A DNA stretch of 61,972 bases, filler included, from Basidiobolus ranarum (lineage: Eukaryota): NCBI GenBank assembly GCA_040143965.1. It is 10 parts of 10 records of this genome, joined end to end, with 100 filler letters (N's around TTAATTAATTAA, not from the genome) between each part and the next. Parts side by side here need not be neighbours in the genome. Positions count along the whole stretch, not along the records: positions 49,690 to 55,781 come from JASJQH010008287.1; positions 55,882 to 61,972 come from JASJQH010008288.1; 8 more parts are not named here. One strand, written 5' to 3'. The notes below the pieces were generated by a model. It ran no database searches. It was not told the DNA's origin and worked only from the letters and a program-made list of their open reading frames with translations. Positions 49,690-61,972 of this stretch are shown one piece after another; positions within the stretch are counted from its first letter, which is position 1; each line of letters starts with the position of its first letter. The position numbers were made by a program, and so were the translations under genes.

Positions 49690-51598
49690 TATCCAGGAGC
49701 TCATTCCCTTTGACTGGTTTAAGACTATGCTCGCTAAAATGCATTTGCCTACCATTGAGGTTCCCGAGTTTACTCTACATAAGCTCCTACCAGAATTCAA
49801 CTGGCCTACCTTTGAGTTTGCAAAATTGAACATACCCAGATTTGAAGTCCCCGAGCTCAATTGGCCTGTTTTTCAATTGCCAAAGCTGAACTTTCCCAAG
49901 TTTGATTTGCCAACTTTCTCGCTGCCACAAATGAATTTACCAGAGTTCTCTTTGCCATTGCTACCTCAATTTGATCTGTCTGCTTGGAGTCTATCCAATC
50001 TTCTTCCTGAATTCTCTTGGCCCGATTTTTCTCGACTAAATCCGTTCTCTTCGGAACCCATCCCAGTTCGTCGAGCTCCTTCTTCTAAAACGATTTCGGA
50101 ATTCCATAATCGTTTGGCCGAGCTAGAGGCATCGATTAGGGATTTGGCTATCGTCGCCTCGGTTTTGATGGATGAGAGTGAGACTATGCCTCTCCCGGGG
50201 TCTCATACTTCACTATCAAGAGAGAAGTTAATCAGCGATCTTAGTAACATCAGAAGAAAACTTAAGAGCGAGCTTGAAATAGCAAGCGTGCAGCAGGAAG
50301 TGATTCAAAGTTTGGCTGGAACCATTGCCTCCCGAGAAAAGGAGTTGACAGCAATCGAACATCAAGTTGAAGGCATGAGAAGTGATGTGAAATTCGTCGA
50401 TAGTCAAGTTCAAGAATCAGACCAAAGTATTGAGAAGGTTTATAACCATTTGAGTCAATTAAACAATGAATTGGCCCGTGCTTCAGATTGGAATACCGTA
50501 AAGAAGCAAGTTATCAAAACTTTGGAAAGTGAGCTACCAAATCACTTGGTCGCTCAACAAAGTGAGGATGGTAGTATTATTTTGAGCTCAGAGTTCTATG
50601 CACATCTTGTCAGATCACTTCTTACTAAAGACCAAGCTGACCGTTTGGTTGCAGAAGAAATTGAAAACCAGAAACAGCATATTCCTAGCCATGACCACAA
50701 ATTACGTTGGACTGAGTTCTTCGGAGCAAACAAGCACCAACTTAGTCATCTAGTCCAACAGGATCTAGAGGATGAAGTGAAACGCTATACAGACATAGGC
50801 GTAATTGTGCACAAAGATGATTTCCTTTCAGTAGTCGAGTCTCATCTTGAAGAGTTGAAGTTGCGCCTTAGTTCCCATGTAGATATGGATGTTGCTATTG
50901 TCGAAAAGGAAATGGAAAAGGAGCTTGAGATTACACACCAAGAGCGAGAGGAGCGTAAACAACAATATCGCCAGTCTGTTCGTTTGATCGAGGAAATGAT
51001 TCAAAACTCACTCGTCAAGTATACAGCAGACACAATTGCTAGACCCGACTTCGCTCTTTATTATTCAGGAGCTCGCGTTGTCACCGAACTGACCTCACCT
51101 AGTTATTTACCTCAATCTGGATCCACCTTTGATAAATTCGCTCAAATTTTAGGAATGAACACTCTTAAATATGGCAACCCACCAGCAATGGCAATGTACC
51201 CTGATACACATCTGGGCAAATGTTGGGCCTTCTCTGGAACCCAAGGACAACTCACCATTCAGCTATCACGCACTATCAATGCTACGGATTTCACTATTGA
51301 GCATGTTGATCAACAGGTTGCTATTGATCTTAGAAGCGCACCTAAAGAACTCGAGGTTTACGGGCTAGTAGCCAATTCTGGAGACGAAGATGAGCCAAAG
51401 AACTTTGAAGAATTTTTACTAGCTCGTTATGAATATGACACTGCGCAAAATCGAATTCAAACCTTCTCCGTTGATCCCCATCAAAAAGTCTATAAGCCTG
51501 TCAAGTACGTGCAGCTACGAGTTCTCAGTAACCATGGTCATCCTGACTTCACCTGCATCTACAGGTTTAGAGTTCACGGGAAACTGAGCAATGAATGA
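49690..51598 (+). CDS. SUN-domain (Sad1/UNC-84) nuclear envelope protein, 5' cut by contig edge
   Basis: Coiled coils, then PDFALYYSGARVV..TS, GKCWAFSGTQGQL, FTIEH, SAPKELEVYG, SNHGHPDFTCIYRFRVHG. Confidence 0.92.
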
Positions 51599-52191
51599 GC
51601 ACCTTGATGATCATTCCTTATGCTAGCCTCAAACCCCTCACTGTATTATCTTGGCTTATTGAAATTGAAGTCATACTTAGTAAATCAATTTAGACTCACC
51701 GAACCTCACTCTACCCTACCCTTCTCACCTTCACCTTTCTTACCAATATTATTCGACCTCTTCGCCCTTCAGTATTCTTTCCCATTCATTGCGGTTCTTT
51801 TTTCATTCACAAGATATTTACTTGGGGATTATGATTTTCTTTATTAGTTCATATACATTCTAGTTGATTTCATGCTTTTACTTTTACATTGTTAAATCAT
51901 CATTTTTCCTCAACCTAGTCTTCCTTTTTTTCTTCTACATAAACGATATAGGAAATATATGAGGTATGGGGAGTGTAGATGTTCAATTTCGTATGATTTT
52001 ATTTTCGTGTAGTGATCCAGATTATTGCTCTTGTCCAATAGTGGTATCACACCATGATCAGATCATTCATATATTAGATTAGGAACCTTATAAATGAATT
52101 GGATATTTGGATTGGCGGACAGGGGAGAAGAGTGGTAAGAGGGATAAGCCATAAATTTGAATCCAATGATATGATAGTTGCAAGGGATAAG

Positions 52192-52986
52192 TTAATTAGA
52201 AAATTCGGTGTATCCATTCTTGAAATTTTTCTTGTATACATGTGGTAAACCATTTACCAAGTGACTATTTGTTGTTGGTAAAATACTCCTATGAGCACTT
52301 CCATACTCATCTGCAGCCCATAGAGCAGCACCAATAGTGTTGGTAAATATAAAGAGAAAATTAAATAATGGTATCATTTCTAATACAAACGCAACTATTC
52401 CAAAACCTATGAACTGTCGTTTATGTTCGAATACATATCGTTTACTTTCAGCAAACGACATGCCTTTCAGGTCAACATGGTCATGAAGTTGGTATCCCCA
52501 CGCTAATACAAACCCATTGAGGTAGCAAAAAAGGTAGGTCCCAAATAACGGTATGAAGTTGATGGGTATACTTATGATTAGAAGTATTATCTGAACCAGG
52601 AGATACCCAATACCAGCACGAAAGCCACGACTACATGCTTGTGTGTGATTGTTCTCCAATACGCCTTTATATCCTCTTAGCACTAATACATAGTCGAATA
52701 GGCTGTCTTGGAAAAACGGTAAGCCAATAAGACTGAATAAAAGTACAAACACACAGCTTTCCAAGAGGTAAAGACTGATACCGATTAGCCAGGCCAGCCA
52801 TACCGGAAAACCAATTCGGATTAGACCATGGGTCTGCGGCGTTATAAGAAAACCAAACCCAATTAAGGAACATATGGCTACCAACAAAGTTACTAGCAAA
52901 GCACATATACATTTCAACCATATGGAAGGGTTCATGAAAAAGTAGAAGATCCCTTGAATCGGATAACTATACTTTGGAGAGGCCAT
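52192..52986 (-). CDS. EI24/CysZ-like membrane protein
   Basis: SYPIQGIFYF start, several TM segments, LFDYVL, INFIPLFG, FIGFGIVAFVLEMIPLFNFLFIFTNTIGAALWAAD. Confidence 0.75.
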   Translation of the reverse strand: MASPKYSYPIQGIFYFFMNPSIWLKCICALLVTLLVAICSLIGFGFLITPQTHGLIRIGFPVWLAWLIGISLYLLESCVFVLLFSLIGLPFFQDSLFDYVLVLRGYKGVLENNHTQACSRGFRAGIGYLLVQIILLIISIPINFIPLFGTYLFCYLNGFVLAWGYQLHDHVDLKGMSFAESKRYVFEHKRQFIGFGIVAFVLEMIPLFNFLFIFTNTIGAALWAADEYGSAHRSILPTTNSHLVNGLPHVYKKNFKNGYTEFSN

Positions 52987-54879
52987 TTTTTAAACACTGT
53001 CAAGTATTCACAATAAAAGTAAGAAGAGTACTTCCCAATACGAGGGATATGTTACAAATTGACAAGCATTTTGGTTTAAACACCTTCGTGGTCATACAAG
53101 CAGAAGCAAAGTGCACGCGGGCATTCTCGTATATCATGGATATTCCATTTCGGATGATAATATTCTAAAATATGGAGGAAATACTCCTCAAAATTATTGA
53201 AATCAAAATACAAGATATTTTCTGGCCAACCATGAGGTATGATAGCCACTTTCATAACGTATTGCAGTCCAGAGTTGTGATCAAGCAGTCTTGGCAGAGA
53301 GGATGAATCACTGAACTTGAGATACGCAGCATTCAATCAAGTTAGTCAGATTGGCATGGGCAGGTGATTACTGTATAAACAGTATGTACATATAAACAGA
53401 CAAGCGCCAATTCTCCGATCTACATGCATCTAGAATAGTGGAGTTCTCACACACTGAGAGGCAATAGAATATCCAAGCTGAGGGATTTGATTTAGCAATG
53501 TACAGCCGTCAATTAGTCACAGAGAGAGACAGAGAGAATAACAACTTGGTATGCTATTTTGTGGACTCACTATCCTGGTCTCAAGGTTTAGAACAAGGAG
53601 CCCTATTGCTTATCCGATCCCGAGGTACCTGCTTCCCTAAATTCAATAGTAACGAATAATTGGGATTTTGCTAACCAGCTGGGACTCAATAGATCTGATA
53701 TCATCAATGTACACCTGTTTAAATGACAATACCTGACTACGTTTGGTGAGTACCAATGAAGAGCTCCTGGCCTATGACCATATGACCATCTCGTGTGATA
53801 AATTCAAAGCCAAGCACTGCAGTGAATGAAAAGCGGGTGAAATCGGAGAGGGGAGAGTGTTCAAAAGTCATCAGTACAGCCAATATTAATATCACTTAAT
53901 CAAAGCACAAGAGGTTCTTTGATGGCTCTGTACCACAACACAATATCAACTGGGAGTTGGGGAGGTCATTGTTTTCTTGACCACAAGTTTACAATCACTA
54001 GGTCATCTGAGATAAGAAACGGAAACATGCTGTGGCATAATAGACTATCTCCAGATGTAGAGCGTGTTTGTGCAATGTCAAGCAGATTTCGATTAGGGCT
54101 CATATTAATTTGTGCAAACACTGAGTAGTGAGCAGAACGGCACATGTGAGTAAATTGACGTAAAGCATGGAGTCAAGTTGAAACTTCATTTCCTTTTGAA
54201 ACTTGGCTGGATAACCCTCAAACACCCAAACATCAAGCACTCTTCACAGATGACGTTGGGAAGAATCTTGGATGGTTAACATTATAATGTTTGATGGATC
54301 TTGACTGATGTTCCGTTACTGCTCATGGTATTCGAATGTAGTTGAATTCACACTACTGTAGGGTATTATTTCAGCTCAAACCTGATTAAATATAGCTCAT
54401 ATTATCCTTCATCTCCTATACATATGTGAACTAAAGCATGCATGGGCGTATATCACATAATCCCGAATTGTACGATTTTGTGTTCTTGCCTTTATTTACT
54501 GATCTGACAAATCGAGAAAGCAAGTAGAATTTCTGTAACAGAGCTGTCCATCTTGACTCTTCCATCTTAACAATACGCACGTTTTCGTGCCTCAGAATCA
54601 AGATCACCACTTTTTATTCATACATGAGAGCATTTAGTTAGGTTGTTTGAGATCATGTATGAGTTAATTGTATCGAATTATACTGTATCCTAGAGAGCTC
54701 TATCAATTCATCACTCAAACTCATATTTCCTACTCATCCATATCTCCGATGGACCCAATTTCCTTACCAGGCCATATATAAAGCCAAGCTTCCATCGAGA
54801 TAGTTACAAACATTACATACAGCAGTATCTCCACTTCTTTCTTTCCACCACCTCCTTAGATCCTTCAAGTCTCACAAAC

Positions 54880-55781
54880 ATGGTCAACATCAGCAATCCT
54901 ATAGAGCAACGCTTTGGTAAGTGCTCCACTGATATTAAAGATACCATGATCCAACCATGGCTAATCATAACACATGCAAATTCCATAGCCACCCTGAATA
55001 TCAATGATAATGTAAAAGCCACCCCGCCTAGAAGTAGTTACATTCCACCTCACCTTAGAAGTCGTGGGGAGAATGGCAATCCTCGTGGAGGAAGAGTAAG
55101 TCATAACTCACCTAACAGAAATACGAGGTACAATTATTTAGTCACATTGATCTTGCCTTCAATAAGGGGCATTTTTTAATCGAGAAATATATGAATATCT
55201 AACGAAATGTATTTTAAAAAGATGGAATGAAAGTCCAAGCTCCAATCGTTTAGATTCACCAGGCTATTCCAATCGTTACTCGGACAATAGCAGAGGTTGG
55301 GGGAGAAATAGAGAAATCAGAAATTCCTCTTATGATGCAAACGCTAATCGACGTGGCCATGATTCTCATGGGAGTTGGTCCATGGGGAAACATATACCAG
55401 GAACCAAGAATCCTGCCTTAGAAAAAGAGCTTTTCGGTTTAGCTGAGGACAAAGATCGCCTTAGTTCCGGAATTAATTTCGAAAAGTACGAGGATATCCC
55501 AGTTGAAGCTACTGGAAACGATGTCCCTGAACCGATCAACACATTCGAAGATTCTAATTTAGAGGCTCTACTATTATCTAATATCGAATTGGCTAGATAC
55601 ACTACCCCTACTCCAGTTCAAAAACACTCCATTACTATCGTTGAAGCTGGGAGGGATTTGATGGCTTGTGCACAAACTGGCTCAGGTAAAACAGGTGGCT
55701 TCTTATTCCCTATATTATCGGAATGCTTCAAGGTCGGTCCAGTAGCTAATGCCCCCGAACAACCTCAAATGGGACGTAGCT
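54880..55781 (+). CDS. DED1: DEAD-box RNA helicase Ded1/DDX3, 5' part (exons 54880-54916, 54989-55127, 55222->55781)
   Basis: [24 protein letters not shown] motif PTPVQK, motif I AQTGSGKT; splicing restores the frame. Confidence 0.9.
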
Positions 55782-55881
55782 NNNNNNNNNNNNNNNNNNN
55801 NNNNNNNNNNNNNNNNNNNNNNNNNTTAATTAATTAANNNNNNNNNNNNNNNNNNNNNNNNNNNNNNNNNNNNNNNNNNNN

Positions 55882-56594
55882 CAAGCTCGTAATATATCTA
55901 GTACATATGGAATTTATCTGGGAATTACATACAAGAAACACTACCCTGTCGAAAAATATGCTCAGAACATGGTTGAGCTGTTCGATCCCGAGGGTCAAGT
56001 TGCCTATCAATACCAGAAGTCACATCCTGTAGTTACAGTCGAAACTGATCTTGTCGCAGGGCCTAAGGTTATGCCACACGTAGATACCAAATATGGTCGT
56101 CTAGCAAGTGCTATTTGCTTCGACATGGATTTCATTTCATTTGCGCATCAGGCAGGTGAAAAAGAGGTTGATTTAGTTTTACAGCCCTCATGGACCTGGG
56201 GTAAGAGCGAAAAAAATAAGGGTATTTGATCCAGTCCTAATTCAATCATCACTTTATATCGTTAGGTCCCATTGGTAAATATCATTCTGAGATACAATCT
56301 TTCCGTGCTGTTGAAAATGGGTTGACGTTACTTCGTTGCAGTGGATGGTCTCCTAGTACGGTCTATGATCCATTCCATCACATCTACGCTTACAAGGAAA
56401 ATCTAGGGTTTGGATCCATGTTATCCGAGGTTCCTCTGCGTCGACACACTAAGACCTTATACACGATTATTGGGAACTCATTCGGGTGGAGCTGCTTCGT
56501 TACCATGCTGGTGTATGTTGTTGTCTCATGGATTCCTATGAACAAGATCAACAAATGGCCTGGACTTGTTCAATTCCTTAAAGCACGACCATAG
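55882..56594 (+). CDS. CN-hydrolase/nitrilase superfamily protein (Lnt-like), 3' part, intron 56201-56265
   Basis: YQKSHPV (catalytic Lys), AICFDMDF (nucleophilic Cys), RAVENGLTLLRC, TLYTIIGNSFGW plus a C-terminal TM segment. Confidence 0.8.
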
Positions 56595-57666
56595 ATTGCT
56601 TTCCTTAACGAGTTTGTCAGTTTTGTTTCTATCTGTATTTAGAGGGAGAGACTACCTAGCAGTTCAAAGCTCTCATCTTCATTTATTTATGCATGATATA
56701 GTATTGCGCAGTCTTTAGACGGGGTGATCTATGCTATGTCCATAAAATCTATTATCAATATTCATCAGGCAATACCCAATTCACGAGACTACTAATTCCA
56801 GTATATGGATAATGCCAGCTAAATCCTCATCTATGCAGAGAGTAAATTCCCGCAATATTCGCACTTTTATCCATTGAAGATGAGAGTATCGTTTGGGCGA
56901 AGAAGGCTTGACTGGTGCCCAAGCACAAACACTACTTGATTTAGATGGAAATGTTGCATATATGGTCACGTGTACTAATGGCAGTGGCGGCGATTTAGCC
57001 TTCCATGGAGCAAGGGCGAGATGTTGAGTGGCTTAGGATGTTTGTTTTATTGGCCTATTGTCATATTCAATGAGAAACGATATGATGACTGATTATATGT
57101 CTTTCAAGAAGGCTTTTTTAAGGGAGAAGCGAAGAAAAGAGCATCACTTGGGAGGGATATTCAGTTGTGGAGTAAAACCTATTGATGCGTTGGTTCCAAT
57201 CCAATTGTGTTTGGGTGGTCTCAGTATATAAGAACATCTCGAATTCAATCGATTCATGATATCAATTGATTCATCAAAAGAATCCATTCAGTAATAATGC
57301 TTATCCGCCGAATATTTCCTCAAGTCATTTGATACTTTGGGAAATGGTTTCTTACAGGCCACGTTGAATGAATCCAAATAGAGGATAATTTAAGGTTTCT
57401 ATATTTAGATACTAAGCTGAAGCATACGGAAACTCATGCGAAGCGTCGGAAAAGTTCAACTGTATACAGAGATTGAAACAAGCATGTTACTTTGTTCGCT
57501 AAAATAGAAGGTCATATACATCATTTGATGGGGGTAAGTGCACGTTTCAAATCGACATTTAAGCTGGGTTGAAAGGGACGGCCAGAAAATGTATTTAAAG
57601 AACGACGGATAGGGCCAACTTTTGAGAATTCAAACTATTAAAGATCAAGATAATTAAAGAAGAATA

Positions 57667-58522
57667 ATGTTTAAGACTATTGCTATATTCTTCCTTACTT
57701 TGGCTTCAGCTTCAGGTGATTAGCTTTATAGAATCCTGGTCCAGTCTGCTATTAACCTCCCTTTACTAGTAGTATTTGTCTCAGCGCAAGCATCAACAAC
57801 AGTGGGCATTTTAGGGAATACTCCGGGTTGCAGTATCTGCCCAAGAATTCAGATAGGCTGCTTCCAAGGGTGTGGGGCTGATCAAACTTGTAAAATTTAT
57901 CCTAGAACCTGTAAGAGCTGTGCAAGAGCTGAATGCGTTAGCAATCTGAAATTGTCACCACAGCCAAAAGAGGAATGTATCATTTGCGCGCAAGTATTTC
58001 CAGCATGCAACATTAATTGCAAGAAAGGGTTTAAATGTCAAGTACAGACGCAAACATGCAGTGCATGTGCTTATGCTGCTTGTGTAGTCGATGGTAGCTT
58101 GGACTTTACTGAGTTTCTGTTTGAAACTCGAGACTAATACTTTTTGTTTTTAGATAGTGTAGTTCTCAAGCCAACACCACCAAAGACAAAGTCTCCATGC
58201 CATATTTGCCCACAGTTTATTCCACCGTGCAACTTGGCTTGCAAGAAAGGATTCATTTGTGAAATTCAAAAACAAACGTGCGAAACCTGCTCACATCCAT
58301 CCTGCGTCCCCGCAAAGAGTAAAACTCATATCTCCCTTAATGCTACTTTATTAATAACTCCTGACATGATCTCTACTATTAGGCTCTCCTTACACTCACC
58401 GACCTGACCCGGAATATGATACAGTTGAAATTATAGAGGAGGTAAACGACGTTCCCGATTATCTTGAAGTTCATAATGATATGGAAATACTTCGTGACTT
58501 GGATGATTATCTGGACTATTAA
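57667..58522 (+). CDS. Small secreted protein with three 8-Cys Opy2-like modules and an acidic tail (introns 57716-57772, 58094-58153, 58319-58382)
   Basis: Signal peptide MFKTIAIFFLTLASASVFVSA; three copies of C-x2-C-x6-C-x3-C-x5-C-x6-C-x2-C-x4-C; the GT-AG introns keep the frame. Confidence 0.75.
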
Positions 58523-58920
58523 AATATATGCAATGGCTTTATGAAAATTAGTAGGCTTTAACGAACAAAATGCTGGCATAAATAAATTCAGTACAATATT
58601 TGAAACCTTGGGTGCTACCCTAAGTTTGGACTGTTTGAATTGAACACAAGTGAATGCGATTTAATATTAGCAGAATTGTGTTATATCCCGTGATTCAAGT
58701 AACAGTCTCAAGTGTATTCCGTTCAATTTGAATTATGTCATATGAGACTTCATGGGATACTTGACTGCTTTTACTGAAATAATCTTTGTCATCAGGAATT
58801 TACTTAGTATTAACTCACGTGCATACCTTGCTACTACTGTGACGTTGCGAGGGTACCAAATTCCCATATATTAGGTTACAAAGAGCTAAAGAGATAACAA
58901 TTCTGAAAGCACTTTTTAAC

Positions 58921-60213
58921 ATGGATATTCAAACTCTTTTTGGCGTTAAGGACAAGATTGTTTTAGTAACTGGTGGAAGTCGTGGGTAAGTTTGACCTAT
59001 ATTTATTATAAAATTTTGCCTCGCTCTCTTAAGTTAACATACCTTATAGTATTGGGTTGATGATAGCACAAGTAAGTACTGAGAAACTGTCGAAACGAAA
59101 ATACCTACTTTAACAAGACCCTCTTGTTACGTTCTTAGGCATACGTTACCAACGGGGCTAAGGTATATATCTCCTCACGCTCCGAGGATGTTTGTAATAA
59201 AGTAGCTAGTCAACTTAATAAAGCGGGGCCTGGCCAATGCATTAGCGTTCCAGCAAACTTACAGCATCTGCAAGAAGTTAAAAGACTTGCTCAGGAAATT
59301 GAGCAACGAGAGGGAAGTAAGTTATGCTTTGTGAAATATATTCCAAAGACCTACAGTAACCCTTTTTATAGAATTACACGTGCTTGTCAATAATGCCGGT
59401 GCTAGCGTAAAAATTCTTTGACTATTCCTTGGAGCCTTCTTTGTATACTTAATGTGTTAAACTTTTATAGTGGGGAGCACCATTGGATACCTATCCTGAT
59501 GATGCCTTTGAGGTCAGTCTTTCAGTATTTGGTAAGATATTTCACGTCAAATACTAAAACAATTCCTCAATATAGAAAGTGATGAATCTTAATCTGAAGC
59601 GTGTGTTCAGTCTTACTCAAGCGTAAGTTTGACTCAAATTAAATATTCGAAAGTTTGTGTCTCAGTGCTCTTACTTTATTCTAGTCTCATTCCATTGCTT
59701 GAAAAGACTGCGTCACAAGATGATCCCTCTAGAGTGATAAATATTGGTTCTGTGGATGGTAGTTATATTGGCAGTTAGTTAAATTAACGATGATGTATGC
59801 TAAAGATATTTACATTGAAGGTATTCGAATCCCTACATTAGAAACTTTTGCTTATTCAGCTAGTAAGGCTGCTTTGCACCATATGACCAAAGTATTGGCC
59901 AGTCATCTCGGTAAACGCTTTATTACAGTCAATGCCATTGCTCCTGGGCCTTTTGAAAGTAAAATGATGAGCGCAACTCTAGAAAAATATAGAGATACTA
60001 TTGAGGGCAGTAACCCGCTGAAAAGAATTGGAAGACCATCCGACATTGGAGGTAGGCTTCATCTTTCGATTTTTATAAACTAATGTTGACCATCATCTGA
60101 ACTGATGTATAACAGGAACATGCATCTATTTATCGTCTCGAGCTGGTTCCTACACAAATGGTGCTATCATTACTAATGATGGAGGTGCCGTTGTGCGTCA
60201 TACTAAGATGTAG
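58921..60213 (+). CDS. Short-chain dehydrogenase/reductase (RhlG-like), 8 introns
   Basis: After splicing: TGGSRGIG, NNAG, YSASK, VNAIAPG, PLKRIG, DGG; ends TKM*. Confidence 0.9.
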
Positions 60214-60503
60214 TTCCGTCTGTGACAGTTTTAACCCTTAAATAAAATCAATTTGTAGTATGTTGTGAGCAAAATGATTCATTGAATAGCATGGAATTCG
60301 CCCATGAATTACTGGTATACTCTAGTCTACTGATCCTTCGAAGCTGCCATCAATGAAGCAAGAAGTAAGCAAACTAATGTCATGTGGTAAAATCAACAGT
60401 TACTTTATTTATGGTTAAATATAGTGTGTGATAGGTGAAGTGCCAAAATCAATCAATAAATGAGCAAAATGTATTAAATATATCAACGCATGTATATTTG
60501 CAT

Positions 60504-61286
60504 TTACAGCAATAGATATGCGAATGGCAAAAACAATAGCACCATTTTTCCTGGTGCCTGGACCATGCTGCTCTCAGAGTTATATAGCCCTACACTTGGC
60601 CGGATGTTACCGGCCGTGCTACCGGTAGCATCAGGTACGGGATTGTCCCTTGCAGCGGTGCTAGGAGTTACGGTAGCTGAGGGCTGGGTTACAACTACTG
60701 TACTTTGACTAGAGAAGGCTACTGAAGTGGGTTGAACAACAGCTGTGGATGTGGAGAGATCAGAGGTAGGCTGGACCACAGCGGTTGATGTCGAGAGATC
60801 AGAGGTAGGCTGAACTACATCTGTTGTAGTTAGGATGCCTGAGGTAGGTTGGACCACCGCAGTTGATGTTAAGAGATTAGAAGTAGGCTGAACTACATCA
60901 GTTGTAGTTAAGATGCCTGAAGTAGGTTGGACCACAGCAGTGGAGGTGATTACACCAACTGAACCCACAGAACTTTGAATCACACTATTAGTTACTCCAC
61001 TTCCAGGTATACGTGTGGTTGCAGTTACAACGGTAGTTCTAGTTACTGTAGCGACAAAAGAGGGGGTTTGACTTCCTCCTCCGTTTCCCCCAGTTCCTTG
61101 TGGCGATTGTGTTGTTCCAGGGAACAACGTCGCCGCTTCTGACACAGGAAGTGTCGATGTGAGACGAATTGTAGTTAGATCAGAGGCCTGGGATACTACC
61201 ACACCATTACTACTGTCCTGGGCTCTGATCAAGGTAGTTATTTTGAGCGATAATAAACAGAGAAAGTAGAATCTGATCATCATCAA
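60504..61286 (-). CDS. Ser/Thr-rich, probably GPI-anchored surface protein
   Basis: Signal peptide, S/T/V-rich body, hydrophobic C-terminus MVLLFLPFAYLLL. Confidence 0.8.
   Translation of the reverse strand: MMMIRFYFLCLLSLKITTLIRAQDSSNGVVVSQASDLTTIRLTSTLPVSEAATLFPGTTQSPQGTGGNGGGSQTPSFVATVTRTTVVTATTRIPGSGVTNSVIQSSVGSVGVITSTAVVQPTSGILTTTDVVQPTSNLLTSTAVVQPTSGILTTTDVVQPTSDLSTSTAVVQPTSDLSTSTAVVQPTSVAFSSQSTVVVTQPSATVTPSTAARDNPVPDATGSTAGNIRPSVGLYNSESSMVQAPGKMVLLFLPFAYLLL
60705..60940 (-). repeat. 39-bp coding tandem repeat x6 (xVVQPTSxxxTxT)
   Basis: AVVQPTSGILTTT / DVVQPTSNLLTST / AVVQPTSGILTTT / DVVQPTSDLSTST / AVVQPTSDLSTST / AVVQPTS. Confidence 0.9.
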
Positions 61287-61972
61287 TTATGTTTCAAGAT
61301 AGTGAATTAAACTTTACGAAATGGAATGTTTATGGAGCTATGGGGTTAATGAGATTTGAGTATAGCTTACAATTGAGACTAAATCCTATTTATATTAATA
61401 CTGTTAAACACGATCATTCTATCCATCTAACACTGGAATTGCCGCTGCATGTAACGTTCTACGCTGCGAGTGGCCAATCCACCACCAACGATGAGTAGGC
61501 TACCATGGTATGTGTTAAATGAGCAGACTGAGGAATGTAAGGATTCGTTAGAAAATGGCGTGAAAAGGAAGGAATCGAAATAAGAGGTTGGGCATATGCA
61601 TGACAAGAGAGTGAGTTGTCTTTAGCCTATCGTATTGGCTTTTCCCTCATCAATATACCGATATCAAGTTGTCATCGTCACCCATACATCCTTCCGCCAA
61701 ATATCTGAACGACCGATTCCAAACTCACTATATCTAGCTGAAATCCAATCGTTCAGTATAGTCACCTCGTGGAAATTATATTAATCCAGATTTTGTAACT
61801 GAGGAAAAACGAACTCGCATACGGCTCTGGTACTATTCCGTACTGACGATAACCATCATGTTTCACCTTGCATTGACGGAAGAACCATTTAGATTTAATT
61901 GATTTTTGGCATATCACATTACTTGATTCGTAATTATGCTTCGGAGCAATGATTCCATAGAAATTCGGATTA

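Noticed and set aside
6171..55837. Regularly spaced TTAATTAATTAA palindromes as a biological repeat or CRISPR-like array
   Set aside because: Always centred in N runs; this is an artificial six-frame-stop linker.

Overview
Eukaryotic, AT-rich DNA with short GT-AG introns and fungal-type genes. An early-diverging fungus such as Basidiobolus/Zoopagomycota or Mucoromycota is my inference, not something I verified. The window is not one locus. It is 10 contigs of 6126, 6122, 6118, 6112, 6110, 6107, 6098, 6096, 6092 and 6091 bp, sorted by decreasing length and joined by artificial 100-bp spacers (N44-TTAATTAATTAA-N44), so gene neighbourhood means something only within a contig. Genes: a 5'-truncated cytochrome P450, a 5-module metallothionein, GPI/Ser-Thr-rich wall proteins, a Zn-ADH fragment, PEX14, two AA11-like LPMOs (one with a CBM5/12), a secreted bicupin, an FAD monooxygenase, PHO84 plus a decayed copy, ARG4, LMBR1-, SUN- and EI24-family genes, DED1, a CN-hydrolase, a tandem Opy2-like Cys-rich secreted protein and an 8-intron SDR. 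Mobile DNA: a dispersed ~350-bp LTR family and nested Copia and chromovirus remnants. Most notable: (i) contig 6 carries three adjacent intronless secreted genes with bacterial-type modules, one of them a CHAP amidase pseudogene that the ORF track splits; (ii) the ARG4 C-terminus is replaced in frame by what looks like a Ty3/gypsy integrase GPY/F tail; (iii) the metallothionein is modular with CCC triplets.
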